Of a stretch of DNA of 22,673 nucleotides, positions 7,182 through 16,047 are shown one piece after another. Within the stretch, counting starts at the first letter, position 1; each line of letters opens with the position of its first letter. Both the position numbers and the translations under genes were made by a program. Source of the stretch: a virus; IMG/VR virus record IMGVR_UViG_646564555_000004. The stretch is one strand, 5' to 3'. Below the pieces are notes generated by a model. That model was not told where the DNA came from. It saw only the letters and a program-made list of their open reading frames with translations, and did not search any database.

Positions 7182-7918
7182 TCGTGGATGCCCAGTTTCT
7201 CCTTCGCCTGACGTTCCATCGCCTGAACCTTGCTCTCGGTAGCCTGCAGATTCGCGTTCTCTGGGATCCCGAGCCCTGCTTCATCCGACGATGCAAGGAG
7301 TTCAGCAGCGGCCAGTTGAGCAACCGCGCGCCGCACTGTACTCGAGACGCCTTCGATACCCCAGTCGTAGGAGACGATCACGGCGTTGCCGTAGTCTCGC
7401 AGGTTCGGGAGCGTTCCCGTGTGCAAGTAGAGGTGGGTGATGCCGCTCGAGTCGTCGCTGTTCAGGTAGTAGTCCTGGCCGCGACCTTCCTCGTGTTTCT
7501 CGACCCAGTCAGTGACATCACCGGACAGATCGCGGACGAGGAGTTCGGTTACCTCGACGATGTCTCGCCTCGAGACTTGCACTCGAGTGTACGGCCCCGC
7601 ATGCCGGACCGGATAGCGGGCCTGCCGAGCGGCAGCGACCTGCATCTGCTGCGGGCCGGCGTGCGGGCTCGAGGGGATGTCGTGTTCGTCTTCCTGGTGG
7701 CTCTTCGGTTCCGTCGGGATGAGGTCGTGATCGTCCTCGTCGATCCCGTCGGGGTCGTACCAGTGGCGGTCGTGTTCTTCGTGCAGCCACTCGGTCAGGC
7801 CGCTGATCGCGTCGACGACCGCTTGGTTGTCTGCAGCCTCGAGGCCACCAGTAAAGTCAGACTCGTGGATGACGCGGTTGACGTCCTCAACGGTACAGTA
7901 ACCGTTCTCGTCGGGCAT
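7178..7918 (-). CDS. Head-tail adaptor/connector (246 aa)
   Basis: N-terminal YCTVEDV typical of adaptors, VSYDWG...VRRAVAQLAA helix motif, and position after the MCP cluster. Confidence 0.7.
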   Translation of the reverse strand: MPDENGYCTVEDVNRVIHESDFTGGLEAADNQAVVDAISGLTEWLHEEHDRHWYDPDGIDEDDHDLIPTEPKSHQEDEHDIPSSPHAGPQQMQVAAARQARYPVRHAGPYTRVQVSRRDIVEVTELLVRDLSGDVTDWVEKHEEGRGQDYYLNSDDSSGITHLYLHTGTLPNLRDYGNAVIVSYDWGIEGVSSTVRRAVAQLAAAELLASSDEAGLGIPENANLQATESKVQAMERQAKEKLGIHE

Positions 7919-7921
7919 GGG

Positions 7922-8182
7922 TCAGTATCTCTCGAGTTCCTCGACGATTACCTCGCCCCGTGGGATTCGCTCGCCTTCACGGACGGGTCGGAACGAGTCG
8001 TGTTCGACCGTAATGTAGAAGACGTCCCGTTCTGGGTCGTAGCCCGCGCGGCGGATCTCTGCCCCGATCGGCAGGTCGCTCTCGAAGCGGCGTGTACCGG
8101 TCGAAAGGAACCCCGGCATTGCAACTGCGGATACCTCAAACCGCTTCAGCCGTTCGCCAACGGTACTTTCGTCATCCGACAT
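7922..8182 (-). CDS. Hypothetical protein (86 aa, start MSDDEST)
   Basis: ATG at 8182 lies 2 nt after the upstream stop, with GGAGG upstream. The extension to 8380 in the ORF track overlaps the neighbouring gene. Confidence 0.65.
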   Translation of the reverse strand: MSDDESTVGERLKRFEVSAVAMPGFLSTGTRRFESDLPIGAEIRRAGYDPERDVFYITVEHDSFRPVREGERIPRGEVIVEELERY

Positions 8183-8184
8183 AG

Positions 8185-8724
8185 TCACTCGTCCTCCAGT
8201 TCGTCGGCCCGGCCGAGGTCCTTGAGGCGTGCTTTCGCAGCGTTGCGAACGCGCTTGCTGTGGTTCGATTCGAGATCGTGGATCTCCGTGAGGTGGTCGT
8301 CGACAAGCCCATCCTCGACATCGGCCTTGCGATCGTTCCAACCTAGCGCCAGCCAGTCGTCGCGGTTCCAATCCGCCCATGCCTCGAGATCGTCCGTTTC
8401 GGAGTCACCGTCAGCACCGGTTTCAGTGTCGACATCGGAACCGTCCTGGTCGGCGTTGGTTTCATCATCGTCTGCAGTCTCCTCGAGGTCGTCACCAGCG
8501 TAGCTGACGACATCGCCAGTGTCGCGATCGTACTCGACGTCGTAGGACGAGGCGAGATGGTCCATCACGTCGTCAACCTTGTCGGGTTTGATCGAGAGGT
8601 AGCCCTCATCGTCGACGCCGACGTTGGTGTGGCGACTCGAGCTGATTGGGACAGCGACCTGCGAAGGAGGGTCGCGAGCAAAGGCATCCGTCGCCCGTGG
8701 ATGTTGGATGCGCATCTTACTCAC
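8185..8724 (-). CDS. Hypothetical head-associated protein (179 aa)
   Basis: Follows MCP with SD AGGTGA. Two domains are joined by an acidic linker, and the C-terminus is helical. Confidence 0.7.
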   Translation of the reverse strand: MSKMRIQHPRATDAFARDPPSQVAVPISSSRHTNVGVDDEGYLSIKPDKVDDVMDHLASSYDVEYDRDTGDVVSYAGDDLEETADDDETNADQDGSDVDTETGADGDSETDDLEAWADWNRDDWLALGWNDRKADVEDGLVDDHLTEIHDLESNHSKRVRNAAKARLKDLGRADELEDE

Positions 8725-8728
8725 CTAT

Positions 8729-10066
8729 CTATGCGGTCTCTCCACTGCCGTCACCGTCTGGGTCGAACTCGACCTCGCCGAGATCGTACTCGAGCCAGAA
8801 CGTGTGCTCACCGTGAGATTTGTCGATCAGCGTGCCGTACTCGGCCATCGCCGCCTTGTCCGCGAGGCCGTCACGACCCAGTGGGAGCGTGAACAGCGGC
8901 GCGAGTGCGCGGAACTGCAGGGAGCGACGGTCGATGATGAAGGCGTTACCGGGGCTCTCGGGGGAAGCGTCCCACGGGAGTTCGAAGTTCGGCATGATGT
9001 TCGGACACTCGGTGACGCGAACGCCCTTGATCCAGAGCTGGCGAGCACCGAAGTCCGCACCCTCGCTGAACGAGTCGAGGCGGGTGACCGGGTTCGCCTC
9101 GTTCTCGAGTAGGTCGAACAGCGACGGCGAGACGAAGATCTCTGCGTCAGCGTACGTGAGACCAGTCCCTTCGACTGCCCACGTGAGCGCGGCCTTGAGG
9201 TCCTCGAGGACGGGGAAGCCATCAGCGTCGACGTCGACGCCGGTGCGGTCGATGTCGTTGCCCGCACTCTGGGCGAGATGCGTCATGCCGGGGAAGGCGT
9301 TGTCGGTCCCCAGCGAGGAGTAGCCGAAGTCGGTTTCTCCAGCGTCTGGGTCGGCGTAGAAGTACGCTGCAGCCTTCGTGAGCGCCCACTCGATGGTGCG
9401 CTGGCCGAGCGTCGTGTTCTCCAGATCCATGTAGTCGAGCGAGTCGGTCGCTCGAGACGCGAAGTCCGAGACGTTGATCTGGTCGACGAAGATCCGCATG
9501 TCCTCGCTGTCCGTCTCGATCGTGAAGTCGCCGTAGTCGTTGTCCGAGAGGTCGATGACGTCAGACTGGCCGGCGTAGCCGATCGGTGGTGAGCGGTCCG
9601 AGAGGATGTTGTACTGCGCCGTGAAGCCCTGCTGGGACTGCGTGTCGATCCGATCCAGCACCGGCGCACGCTGGCGCTGGACGTCGATGATCATCGGGTC
9701 GACGATGATCGGCACGGCATCCTGGACGGTGCCGGCATCGACGACGTTCTTCTGCGCCATCGCCTCAACACCCTTGATCGTCTTGCTGCTGGCCATCTGG
9801 CCCGGCTTGTAGGACTTGCCAGCAGCGGCGGCTGCGAGGAACGGGTGCCTCGTGCCGAAGTTCTGCTCGAGGTGCTCTGCGTAGCCGCCCTCGTTCTCGC
9901 GCTGTCGGATGCGACCGCTGACATCGATGCCGGTCCGACCGCGCTCGATGCTGCTCTCTTCGAATCCCCAGTCACGGAGGATGCTGTAGAGGTTTGCTTC
10001 TGCCTCGTCGCCGGTGCCACGGTGGCCTGCCAGCGTCTCCTGAACGTGTCCGATAGTTGCACTCAT
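8729..10066 (-). CDS. Major capsid protein, HK97 fold, with N-terminal extension (445 aa)
   Basis: Follows the prohead protease. AQK-NVVDAGT..AVPIIVDP resembles a mature HK97-type N-arm. Also carries IFVSPSLFDLL, IKGVRVTEC and AFIIDR motifs. Confidence 0.9.
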   Translation of the reverse strand: MSATIGHVQETLAGHRGTGDEAEANLYSILRDWGFEESSIERGRTGIDVSGRIRQRENEGGYAEHLEQNFGTRHPFLAAAAAGKSYKPGQMASSKTIKGVEAMAQKNVVDAGTVQDAVPIIVDPMIIDVQRQRAPVLDRIDTQSQQGFTAQYNILSDRSPPIGYAGQSDVIDLSDNDYGDFTIETDSEDMRIFVDQINVSDFASRATDSLDYMDLENTTLGQRTIEWALTKAAAYFYADPDAGETDFGYSSLGTDNAFPGMTHLAQSAGNDIDRTGVDVDADGFPVLEDLKAALTWAVEGTGLTYADAEIFVSPSLFDLLENEANPVTRLDSFSEGADFGARQLWIKGVRVTECPNIMPNFELPWDASPESPGNAFIIDRRSLQFRALAPLFTLPLGRDGLADKAAMAEYGTLIDKSHGEHTFWLEYDLGEVEFDPDGDGSGETA

Positions 10067-10068
10067 GG

Positions 10069-11274
10069 TTAGATCGTCACCCCGGTGGAATCGTCGTCAG
10101 TCGTCTCGCTCGAGGCGTCCTCGGAACCGAACAGCTTCGTATCGGAGTCGGCGAGCTCGAGTTCGCCGTCGTCGTTGGCCTTCTCGCGAAGCGCCTCGAA
10201 CTCCTTGCGGACATCCTCGTCGGCGTCCTCGCCGAGGAAGAGTTGGACGGTGTCGTCGTCCGTGCCGGCGTCCTTGCCGTCGTCCGGCTCGCCCGACTCG
10301 TCTGTTTCGTCGGGTTCGGTGTCGCGCTCCTCGAGGAGCGAGTCGATGCCTTCGACGAGGTCACGGACAGCGTCCGTCTGCTCGGACACTGCTTCGCGAA
10401 GCTCGTCGTCTGCGTCATTGGCGGGATCGTCGCCACCGTCTGAGTTGTTCGTCATGTTAGAATGAGTTTCAGCGTCCGACTCGACATCGTCCTGGAGGCG
10501 CTCCTCGAGGACGTCGAATCGGCGCTGGAAGTGCTGCTTGAGGTCGTCAATCCCTGCGGGTTGACCTGCCGCCCCGTACTGCTGACCGAAGCTGCCTTGC
10601 CCCGCTGGTGGGGCAGGTGAACGGCCTCGGATTGCAGGCTGTGCGCCACCGGCAGCGATCTGGTTGTGGGCGGGCTGATAGCCGCCAGCCATCGCCGGAG
10701 AGCCCAGCGCTCCGCGGGCTTCGATCCCGACCTCGCCGCCGTTGTTGACCGTCACGGGGTTGCTCGGGATCCCCACCTGGGAGATCTCGAGGAGGTCGAC
10801 TCCGTGGAAGCGGTATTTGCTCTCGTCCTCATCGCGCTCGTACTCGAGGATGCGGAAGCCGACCGAGGAACCGACCGGCATGTCGTCCTCGAGCAACTGG
10901 ACCATCTTTTCAGCCGGCTCAGTCGTCGCCGGCGTGCCAGTCGCGTAGAGAACGTCGATGCCGCCTTCGGTCTCAATCTCCGCGGAGTCCCAGCGGCCGA
11001 CGATCCCGAGCGTGCCGTAGTACGGCCCCTCGGCACCGCGACCATGATCGAGGAACATCGGAACCCGACCGCTGTCGATCTGGTCCTTCATGTCCTCGAG
11101 ACCCTCACGAGAGAACTCGTCACCGTCGCGGTCCTCGGCCGTCGACGAGACCGGCATCCGGACCTGTTTCCGGTCCTCGCCCTCCTCGTCTTCAACTTCC
11201 TTGACCGCCCCCTTGCCGGGGTCGAAGCGGAAGCGCTTCTCGACGTACTGGTCCTTCTGAAGTGTCTGTTGCAT
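10069..11274 (-). CDS. HK97-family prohead protease with C-terminal scaffold-like extension (401 aa)
   Basis: SSTAEDRDGD, PMFLDH (catalytic His), SSVGF (catalytic Ser) and LLEISQVGIPSNP. ATG at 11274 is preferred to TTG at 11289. Confidence 0.92.
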   Translation of the reverse strand: MQQTLQKDQYVEKRFRFDPGKGAVKEVEDEEGEDRKQVRMPVSSTAEDRDGDEFSREGLEDMKDQIDSGRVPMFLDHGRGAEGPYYGTLGIVGRWDSAEIETEGGIDVLYATGTPATTEPAEKMVQLLEDDMPVGSSVGFRILEYERDEDESKYRFHGVDLLEISQVGIPSNPVTVNNGGEVGIEARGALGSPAMAGGYQPAHNQIAAGGAQPAIRGRSPAPPAGQGSFGQQYGAAGQPAGIDDLKQHFQRRFDVLEERLQDDVESDAETHSNMTNNSDGGDDPANDADDELREAVSEQTDAVRDLVEGIDSLLEERDTEPDETDESGEPDDGKDAGTDDDTVQLFLGEDADEDVRKEFEALREKANDDGELELADSDTKLFGSEDASSETTDDDSTGVTI

Positions 11275-11294
11275 CTGTGAATCTCTCAAAACAA

Positions 11295-11336
11295 GTCCCG
11301 TGCCACCTATCGTCCCTTACTGTCCCACGCCACGGG
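11295..11336. repeat. Intergenic direct and inverted repeats upstream of the protease gene
   Basis: GTCCCGTGCCAC (11295-11306), GTCCC (11312-11316) and GTCCCACGCCAC (11322-11333). CCCGTG (11297-11302) and CACGGG (11331-11336) are inverted. Confidence 0.5.
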
Positions 11337-11365
11337 TCGCGGGGTCATCGGGCACTCGAGTAATG

Positions 11366-12799
11366 CTACTGGATTGGGTCTACACCGTCGTCACCATCAC
11401 CGCCGTCCTCACTCGAGTCATCGCTGGCGCTGCCTCGAGCGTCGCGGATCAATTGTTCGATAATGTACTTCGGATGCTCGCCGTAGTCGATCTCGACGCC
11501 GGCGATCTCGACAGTCGTGTCACCAGTCTCTTCGCCGAGTTTCTGGAGATACGCGTTCAACGGGAGTGTCCCCGCCTCGTACCGTTCTCGAAGATGTTCC
11601 TCTCGAGCCCGCTCTTGACGAGGGTCCGAGTGGGTGAGTTTTAGCGAGAACCGCTGCTCGTCGGGCAGTTCCTGGTAGCTCTCGAACTGGCGGAACACTT
11701 GCGTCGTGATCGCGTCCTCGAGTGTTTCGAGGAAGCCCTGCGTGACGCGCTTGTGGACGATCGAGAGCTCCGCATCCGCGGTGTTGTAGTTGACGTCCTC
11801 AGTCATCGCAATCTCGCCTTTCGTCAGCCCGAACGCGGCGAGGCACAGCTGCAGGAACCACTGCTGCTCCCCGATGATATCGAGGTTCAGCGCTGTGCCG
11901 CCCATCTCGATCCAGTTCGCCGGGCCGTCGCCGCCGATCACGCCGACTTTCCGCGGGTCGCCGGCAGCGTTCTTGATCGTCTCCTCGATCTCGGTGAAGT
12001 CCTGTTCACCGGCGTTGATCATCTGGACGAAGCCGCTCGGGAGTTCGTTGTCGTTGTAGAACCGCTGGGCGTGAATCGTCGAGTGAGTCAGGTGCTCGAG
12101 AGCGGCCTGGACCTGCATCCCGGGCGCTCGAGGATAGATCCGGTTCGACCGCTTCGATCCCGGGTAGCGCATGACGACGAGGTCGTCGTGATCGAGTGGC
12201 GTGAGCTCACTGTCGCCGACACCACTGACAATGCTCCCGGCATGTGTTCGGAACGGCGCCTGGTAGAACGGCGTCTCGTCGAACTCACCCGTCGCCGTAA
12301 CGTTGTGCCGAATCGTGAGCGCGTCGACGGGCTTCAGTGCCGCTACCGGGATCGAACCGTCGGTACTCCCGATCGGCTCCAGGTATCCGTTGCCGATATC
12401 GGCCATGTCGGAGACGACCGCCGAGACGAGGTCGTTCCACGAGTCTTTCTGGAGGTGTGGGCCATCGAGAACATCACGGAGCAGTTCCCACAGCGACGTC
12501 GCAGCCGGTGATGGATCAATGTCCTCTGGCGTCTCTCTGCCCAGGTCGGCACCAGAGAGTTGGTCGTTGATGGCGTTCTTGATGATCTCCATCGCCCACG
12601 TCTCGCCCAACTTCCGAGCCTGGTACGCCTCTTTGCCCCGAGGCACTCCGTGGACGTTCGCGCCGAGGATGGAATCTTCAACTTGCTGGAGGGTCTGGGA
12701 GTCCTCGAGGTCGACCGACGATCCGCCGATCGAGGCTGTTGACTTCTCCGGGCGCTGGCGATACGTCTCGTGTTGCTCGAGGTAGTGTTTGAGAGCCAT
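11366..12799 (-). CDS. Portal protein, HK97 family (477 aa)
   Basis: DMADIGNGYLE, LKPVDALTI, FYNDNELPSGFV and AAFGLTKGEIAMTEDVNYNTA motifs. Located between TerL and the protease. Confidence 0.92.
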   Translation of the reverse strand: MALKHYLEQHETYRQRPEKSTASIGGSSVDLEDSQTLQQVEDSILGANVHGVPRGKEAYQARKLGETWAMEIIKNAINDQLSGADLGRETPEDIDPSPAATSLWELLRDVLDGPHLQKDSWNDLVSAVVSDMADIGNGYLEPIGSTDGSIPVAALKPVDALTIRHNVTATGEFDETPFYQAPFRTHAGSIVSGVGDSELTPLDHDDLVVMRYPGSKRSNRIYPRAPGMQVQAALEHLTHSTIHAQRFYNDNELPSGFVQMINAGEQDFTEIEETIKNAAGDPRKVGVIGGDGPANWIEMGGTALNLDIIGEQQWFLQLCLAAFGLTKGEIAMTEDVNYNTADAELSIVHKRVTQGFLETLEDAITTQVFRQFESYQELPDEQRFSLKLTHSDPRQERAREEHLRERYEAGTLPLNAYLQKLGEETGDTTVEIAGVEIDYGEHPKYIIEQLIRDARGSASDDSSEDGGDGDDGVDPIQ

Positions 12800-12800
12800 G

Positions 12801-13145
12801 TTAGTCTAAGAACCTCCGGACGGTCTCGTTGTTCTGTGGCGCTGCCCGCCCGTGAGCAGGCCATTCGCTGGCACTCAATTCTTCGTAAGCGTATGACATT
12901 CTGATTTCAGAATAGTGGTAGGATCCGTGCGAGTCGGCTGCCTTCAGTTCCTCCCAGACGTCCTCCGGAACGAACCTGTAGATGTAGATCCGATCCCCGT
13001 GGAACCGGATGTACAGGTCCTGATGCGCGCGGTCGTACAGACCAGAGTGCAGGTTACTCGAGACGAACGGCATCATGTCGATCAGTCCCTCTTTGGCGGA
13101 TAGTTCGACGTCGCCGACGATCGGGATCGCGTCGTTATCTGGCAT
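12801..13145 (-). CDS. KTSC domain protein (114 aa)
   Basis: VSSNLHSGLYD...LYIRF...IYIYRFVPEDVWEELKAADSHGSYHYSEIRMSY matches the KTSC pattern. TGATG overlap with TerL. Confidence 0.85.
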   Translation of the reverse strand: MPDNDAIPIVGDVELSAKEGLIDMMPFVSSNLHSGLYDRAHQDLYIRFHGDRIYIYRFVPEDVWEELKAADSHGSYHYSEIRMSYAYEELSASEWPAHGRAAPQNNETVRRFLD

Positions 13146-14953
13146 CAAAACTGACCTCCGAATCGGTTCTGCAATTCCTGTACCGCCTGTCCGATCTGGC
13201 TGTCCTCGAAGCTCTTCTCTTCAACGTCGCGTTCGAGGCTGACGCCACAGTCCGAACAGGTCGCTGTTCCCTGTCGCCGCCCGGGCTCAAGCCTACCTCC
13301 ACAACGCGGGCACGTTGGATCGTCGCCGCTGTTACTCGAGGGACCCCCTTGACCGTCGATCGACACCGTCGCGGTCGGGATGCCGGCCGTGACCCCAGAG
13401 TCACGGCCCCATATCGCCTGCATCGACGCGTCGAGGTAGTCCGGAGACCGACCGAGGCGTTCCTTGACCTTCTCTTTCGGCGTCAGCTTGAGGACGTCCT
13501 CGCCATTGGTCCCGCGGGAGCCGATGTGCGTCTCTTCGTACTCGAGTGTGCGAGCAGCAACGAGCAACTCTTCGCGAAGCGTCCGGTCGTTGATCGACCC
13601 GCCATTCTGGAGCCACTTCCCAAGCAGTGCGACGCCCTCGGCCCAGCAGTCCTTGTAATTCGCCGAGTCCTCGGCGACACCGAGTGACTTGAACCGGATC
13701 GTCTCCGGGAATCGCTGGTGCATAATGTCCGCGAATCCGGACCCTTCGCCGACCGCGTCGATCGGCATCGGGTTGTCCGGATCGTCCTCGAGGACATCGG
13801 TGACGTCATCGGCGTGTGCGGTGTAGTCGTGACACGGCTCTTCGTACCGAACCTCAAGGACGTCACCGTCGACGCTGATGACTGGCGTCCGGTCACCACC
13901 GTCTCTGGCAACGTCGATCCCGGTCGCCTGCGGCCGTCCAACTGGTTGCCAGTCACGGCCCCAGGCGGCGTTGACATCGTCGATCGTGAACGGCCGGTTC
14001 TTGCTCGCGCCGCCGGGCGGGATGATCCCAGCACGCCGGCGGTACCACCGCTGATCAAGGTCTGTCCGGAACTCGGGGTTGTCCTCGAGAGCGTCGCTGT
14101 GGGAGAAGACCGGGTTACCGTCGGCATCGAGTTTCGGTGCAGACAGCGTTCGAGCCGTTTCGGCACCGGGCCAGGGCTCCTTGTTGTAGTCCTCCCAGTC
14201 GTCCTGGATCTTGTGGAGCGACGCGAGGCCGTCGACCTTCTCGTCGTCAACGTTCCCGAGCTCGACCTGCACGTTGTGCGAGTCGAAACTCGAGAACTCG
14301 AGTACCTCCCACTTCGATGTCGGATCGTCTTGCTCGTCGAGGATCGGGTAGATCGAGTTCGTTTCGTCCTTCGGTGGGTTGGCGATCGCGATGATCCGGT
14401 CCTGCTCGTCAGTGACGAGCGACTTCATCGCGTCGAGGACCTCGGCGTCGACGTCTTTCTTGTCGGCCTCCTCGATGATCGCCAGTGTGTAGGCGGCGTG
14501 GACACCCTCGAGTTCGCCGGCGTCCTGTGGGGAAGCTGCCTCGAAAAAATGCTCGGGCTCTCCGTCGATCTCGATGCGCTCCGGTCGGCTCTTGTACTCG
14601 CCAGGCAGTGGCACTCGAGCGTCACCGTGGAGGTTCTCGACCGGCTTGCAGTACGTCCGCTTCATCTTCCGCTCGGTCCCCGATGTCGCGAACGAGCAGG
14701 CCGGGTAGCGGACCGTCAGCCAGACGATCGTGATCGCCGCCAGGATGTAGGACTTCCCGAGGCCGTTCGCGGTGACGACCAGAAGGCGCTCGTTCGCAGC
14801 GATCCCACGGCAGATCTGTGCCTGTGCCCCGGTGACGGTGATACCAAGATAGTCCTCGATCGCGTCCTCGAGCCATGTCTCGTCGCCGGCCTCGGCGCGC
14901 TCGACGTAGTGGCTCGGTGGGCTGGGTGCCGCTGCATCAGCTGTGACTGCCAT
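13145..14953 (-). CDS. terL: Terminase large subunit (602 aa) with C-terminal C4 zinc ribbon
   Basis: Walker A ANGLGKS, Walker B-like IIEEA, coupling motif IANP, nuclease motifs GIDVARDGGD and SPDYLDA. Upstream of the portal gene. Confidence 0.93.
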   Translation of the reverse strand: MAVTADAAAPSPPSHYVERAEAGDETWLEDAIEDYLGITVTGAQAQICRGIAANERLLVVTANGLGKSYILAAITIVWLTVRYPACSFATSGTERKMKRTYCKPVENLHGDARVPLPGEYKSRPERIEIDGEPEHFFEAASPQDAGELEGVHAAYTLAIIEEADKKDVDAEVLDAMKSLVTDEQDRIIAIANPPKDETNSIYPILDEQDDPTSKWEVLEFSSFDSHNVQVELGNVDDEKVDGLASLHKIQDDWEDYNKEPWPGAETARTLSAPKLDADGNPVFSHSDALEDNPEFRTDLDQRWYRRRAGIIPPGGASKNRPFTIDDVNAAWGRDWQPVGRPQATGIDVARDGGDRTPVISVDGDVLEVRYEEPCHDYTAHADDVTDVLEDDPDNPMPIDAVGEGSGFADIMHQRFPETIRFKSLGVAEDSANYKDCWAEGVALLGKWLQNGGSINDRTLREELLVAARTLEYEETHIGSRGTNGEDVLKLTPKEKVKERLGRSPDYLDASMQAIWGRDSGVTAGIPTATVSIDGQGGPSSNSGDDPTCPRCGGRLEPGRRQGTATCSDCGVSLERDVEEKSFEDSQIGQAVQELQNRFGGQF

Positions 14954-14954
14954 G

Positions 14955-15530
14955 TTAGTCGTCCACCTCGTGCCCGTTGGCCTGTTTCAGGTTGCGCATG
15001 AACGCATCCTCGAGAGTGACCGATCCGGAGACCTCGAGCTCGTCTGCCGGCGCTATGCCGAACTTATCGCACAGCCCTTCGAAGCGACGGAGGAAGCGTT
15101 CATCTCCCGACCGTCGGAACTGGAGCAGACACATCGATGCCGCAGCTCGAGCGACATCCTGTGCATCCCCGGGATCGCCGAGGTGGTCATAGGCGTCTTC
15201 GAAGGCCTCGCTCTCGCCTTCGGTTAGACTCGAGGTGAAGTGCTCACAGAAGGCACCGTGTTTGAGTGCGTTCTGAGAGGAGGTCTCTTTCCCTTCCTCT
15301 GTTTTCGGACCCGTTGAACCGCCCCCGTGCTTCCGACAGCGACCGTGATCGATCTCGGTACCCCAGCCAGAAGTGAGCTGGCAGTACCCACCGAACAGCA
15401 CCCGATCTTCGCCATCGCGAACGATCTGCCCGTCTTGCTTTTGCTTCCGACGGCCGTTGCACGTGTCGTCAGGCTCTCGTGTCGGGACCTTCTCGAGAGG
15501 GTGTCCGATCAAGTCGTCTTCATCAGTCAT
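14955..15530 (-). CDS. Putative terminase small subunit, HGGxSTG-motif protein (191 aa, start MTDEDD)
   Basis: CRKHGGGSTGPKT...NALKHG motif, directly upstream of TerL. The extension to 15776 in the ORF track overlaps the HNH gene. Confidence 0.7.
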   Translation of the reverse strand: MTDEDDLIGHPLEKVPTREPDDTCNGRRKQKQDGQIVRDGEDRVLFGGYCQLTSGWGTEIDHGRCRKHGGGSTGPKTEEGKETSSQNALKHGAFCEHFTSSLTEGESEAFEDAYDHLGDPGDAQDVARAAASMCLLQFRRSGDERFLRRFEGLCDKFGIAPADELEVSGSVTLEDAFMRNLKQANGHEVDD

Positions 15531-15564
15531 TGGATTGGTTGTTCCGCGTCTCAAGCCAGTGTCG

Positions 15565-15855
15565 TCAGAATCCAGGCTCACTGGCTGTTGGTGTCGGCGG
15601 TTCGGTTCCTCGAGGCCGGGGCGGATCAAGCCGGCTCGAGGTACGGCGGTTGTCGTGCTGTCCGTCCTGGTGGCAATCGCGACAGAGCCCGATGAGGTTG
15701 TTCGGATCGCTGTTGTGCCTTCGGTGGTCGCGGTGGTGTACTTCGATCCCGTCGACGGCGTCTCGAGGGCGACCACATCCGGGACAGCGGTACGAGCTGC
15801 CGTCGCGGTCGTCCCAGTAGAGATCGCGGGCAGGTTGCCGTTCGTCCATGGGCAT
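15565..15855 (-). CDS. HNH endonuclease, terminase-associated (96 aa)
   Basis: CPGC...EVHHRD...NSDPNNLIGLCRDCH. The ATG at 15855 forms a TAATG overlap with the upstream gene. Confidence 0.88.
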   Translation of the reverse strand: MPMDERQPARDLYWDDRDGSSYRCPGCGRPRDAVDGIEVHHRDHRRHNSDPNNLIGLCRDCHQDGQHDNRRTSSRLDPPRPRGTEPPTPTASEPGF

Positions 15856-16046
15856 TATTTCGGCTTGAGAGTCCTCGTTGCGCACTCGCCACAGAGCGTG
15901 ACGGTATCACCTTCCTCGTAACCCATGTCAGCGAGAACGCCGCCAAGTTTGGCAGTCCGGAAAAATTCGGGAGAGAATTGACAGAGAAGGGCCGGCGCTG
16001 GATAGCACACAGAGTCACAGCCGTCACAGTCTGCTTTGTATCCCAT
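15855..16046 (-). CDS. Small CxxC zinc-finger protein (63 aa)
   Basis: CDGC...CGEC pairs. Coupled to neighbours on both sides. Confidence 0.65.
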   Translation of the reverse strand: MGYKADCDGCDSVCYPAPALLCQFSPEFFRTAKLGGVLADMGYEEGDTVTLCGECATRTLKPK

Positions 16047-16047
16047 C

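Noticed and set aside
6851-8503. 550-aa plus-strand ORF
   Set aside because: Antisense to coupled structural genes, Arg/Ser/Val-biased and not acidic, as expected for a high-GC shadow.
13718-15001. 427-aa plus-strand ORF
   Set aside because: Antisense shadow of TerL.
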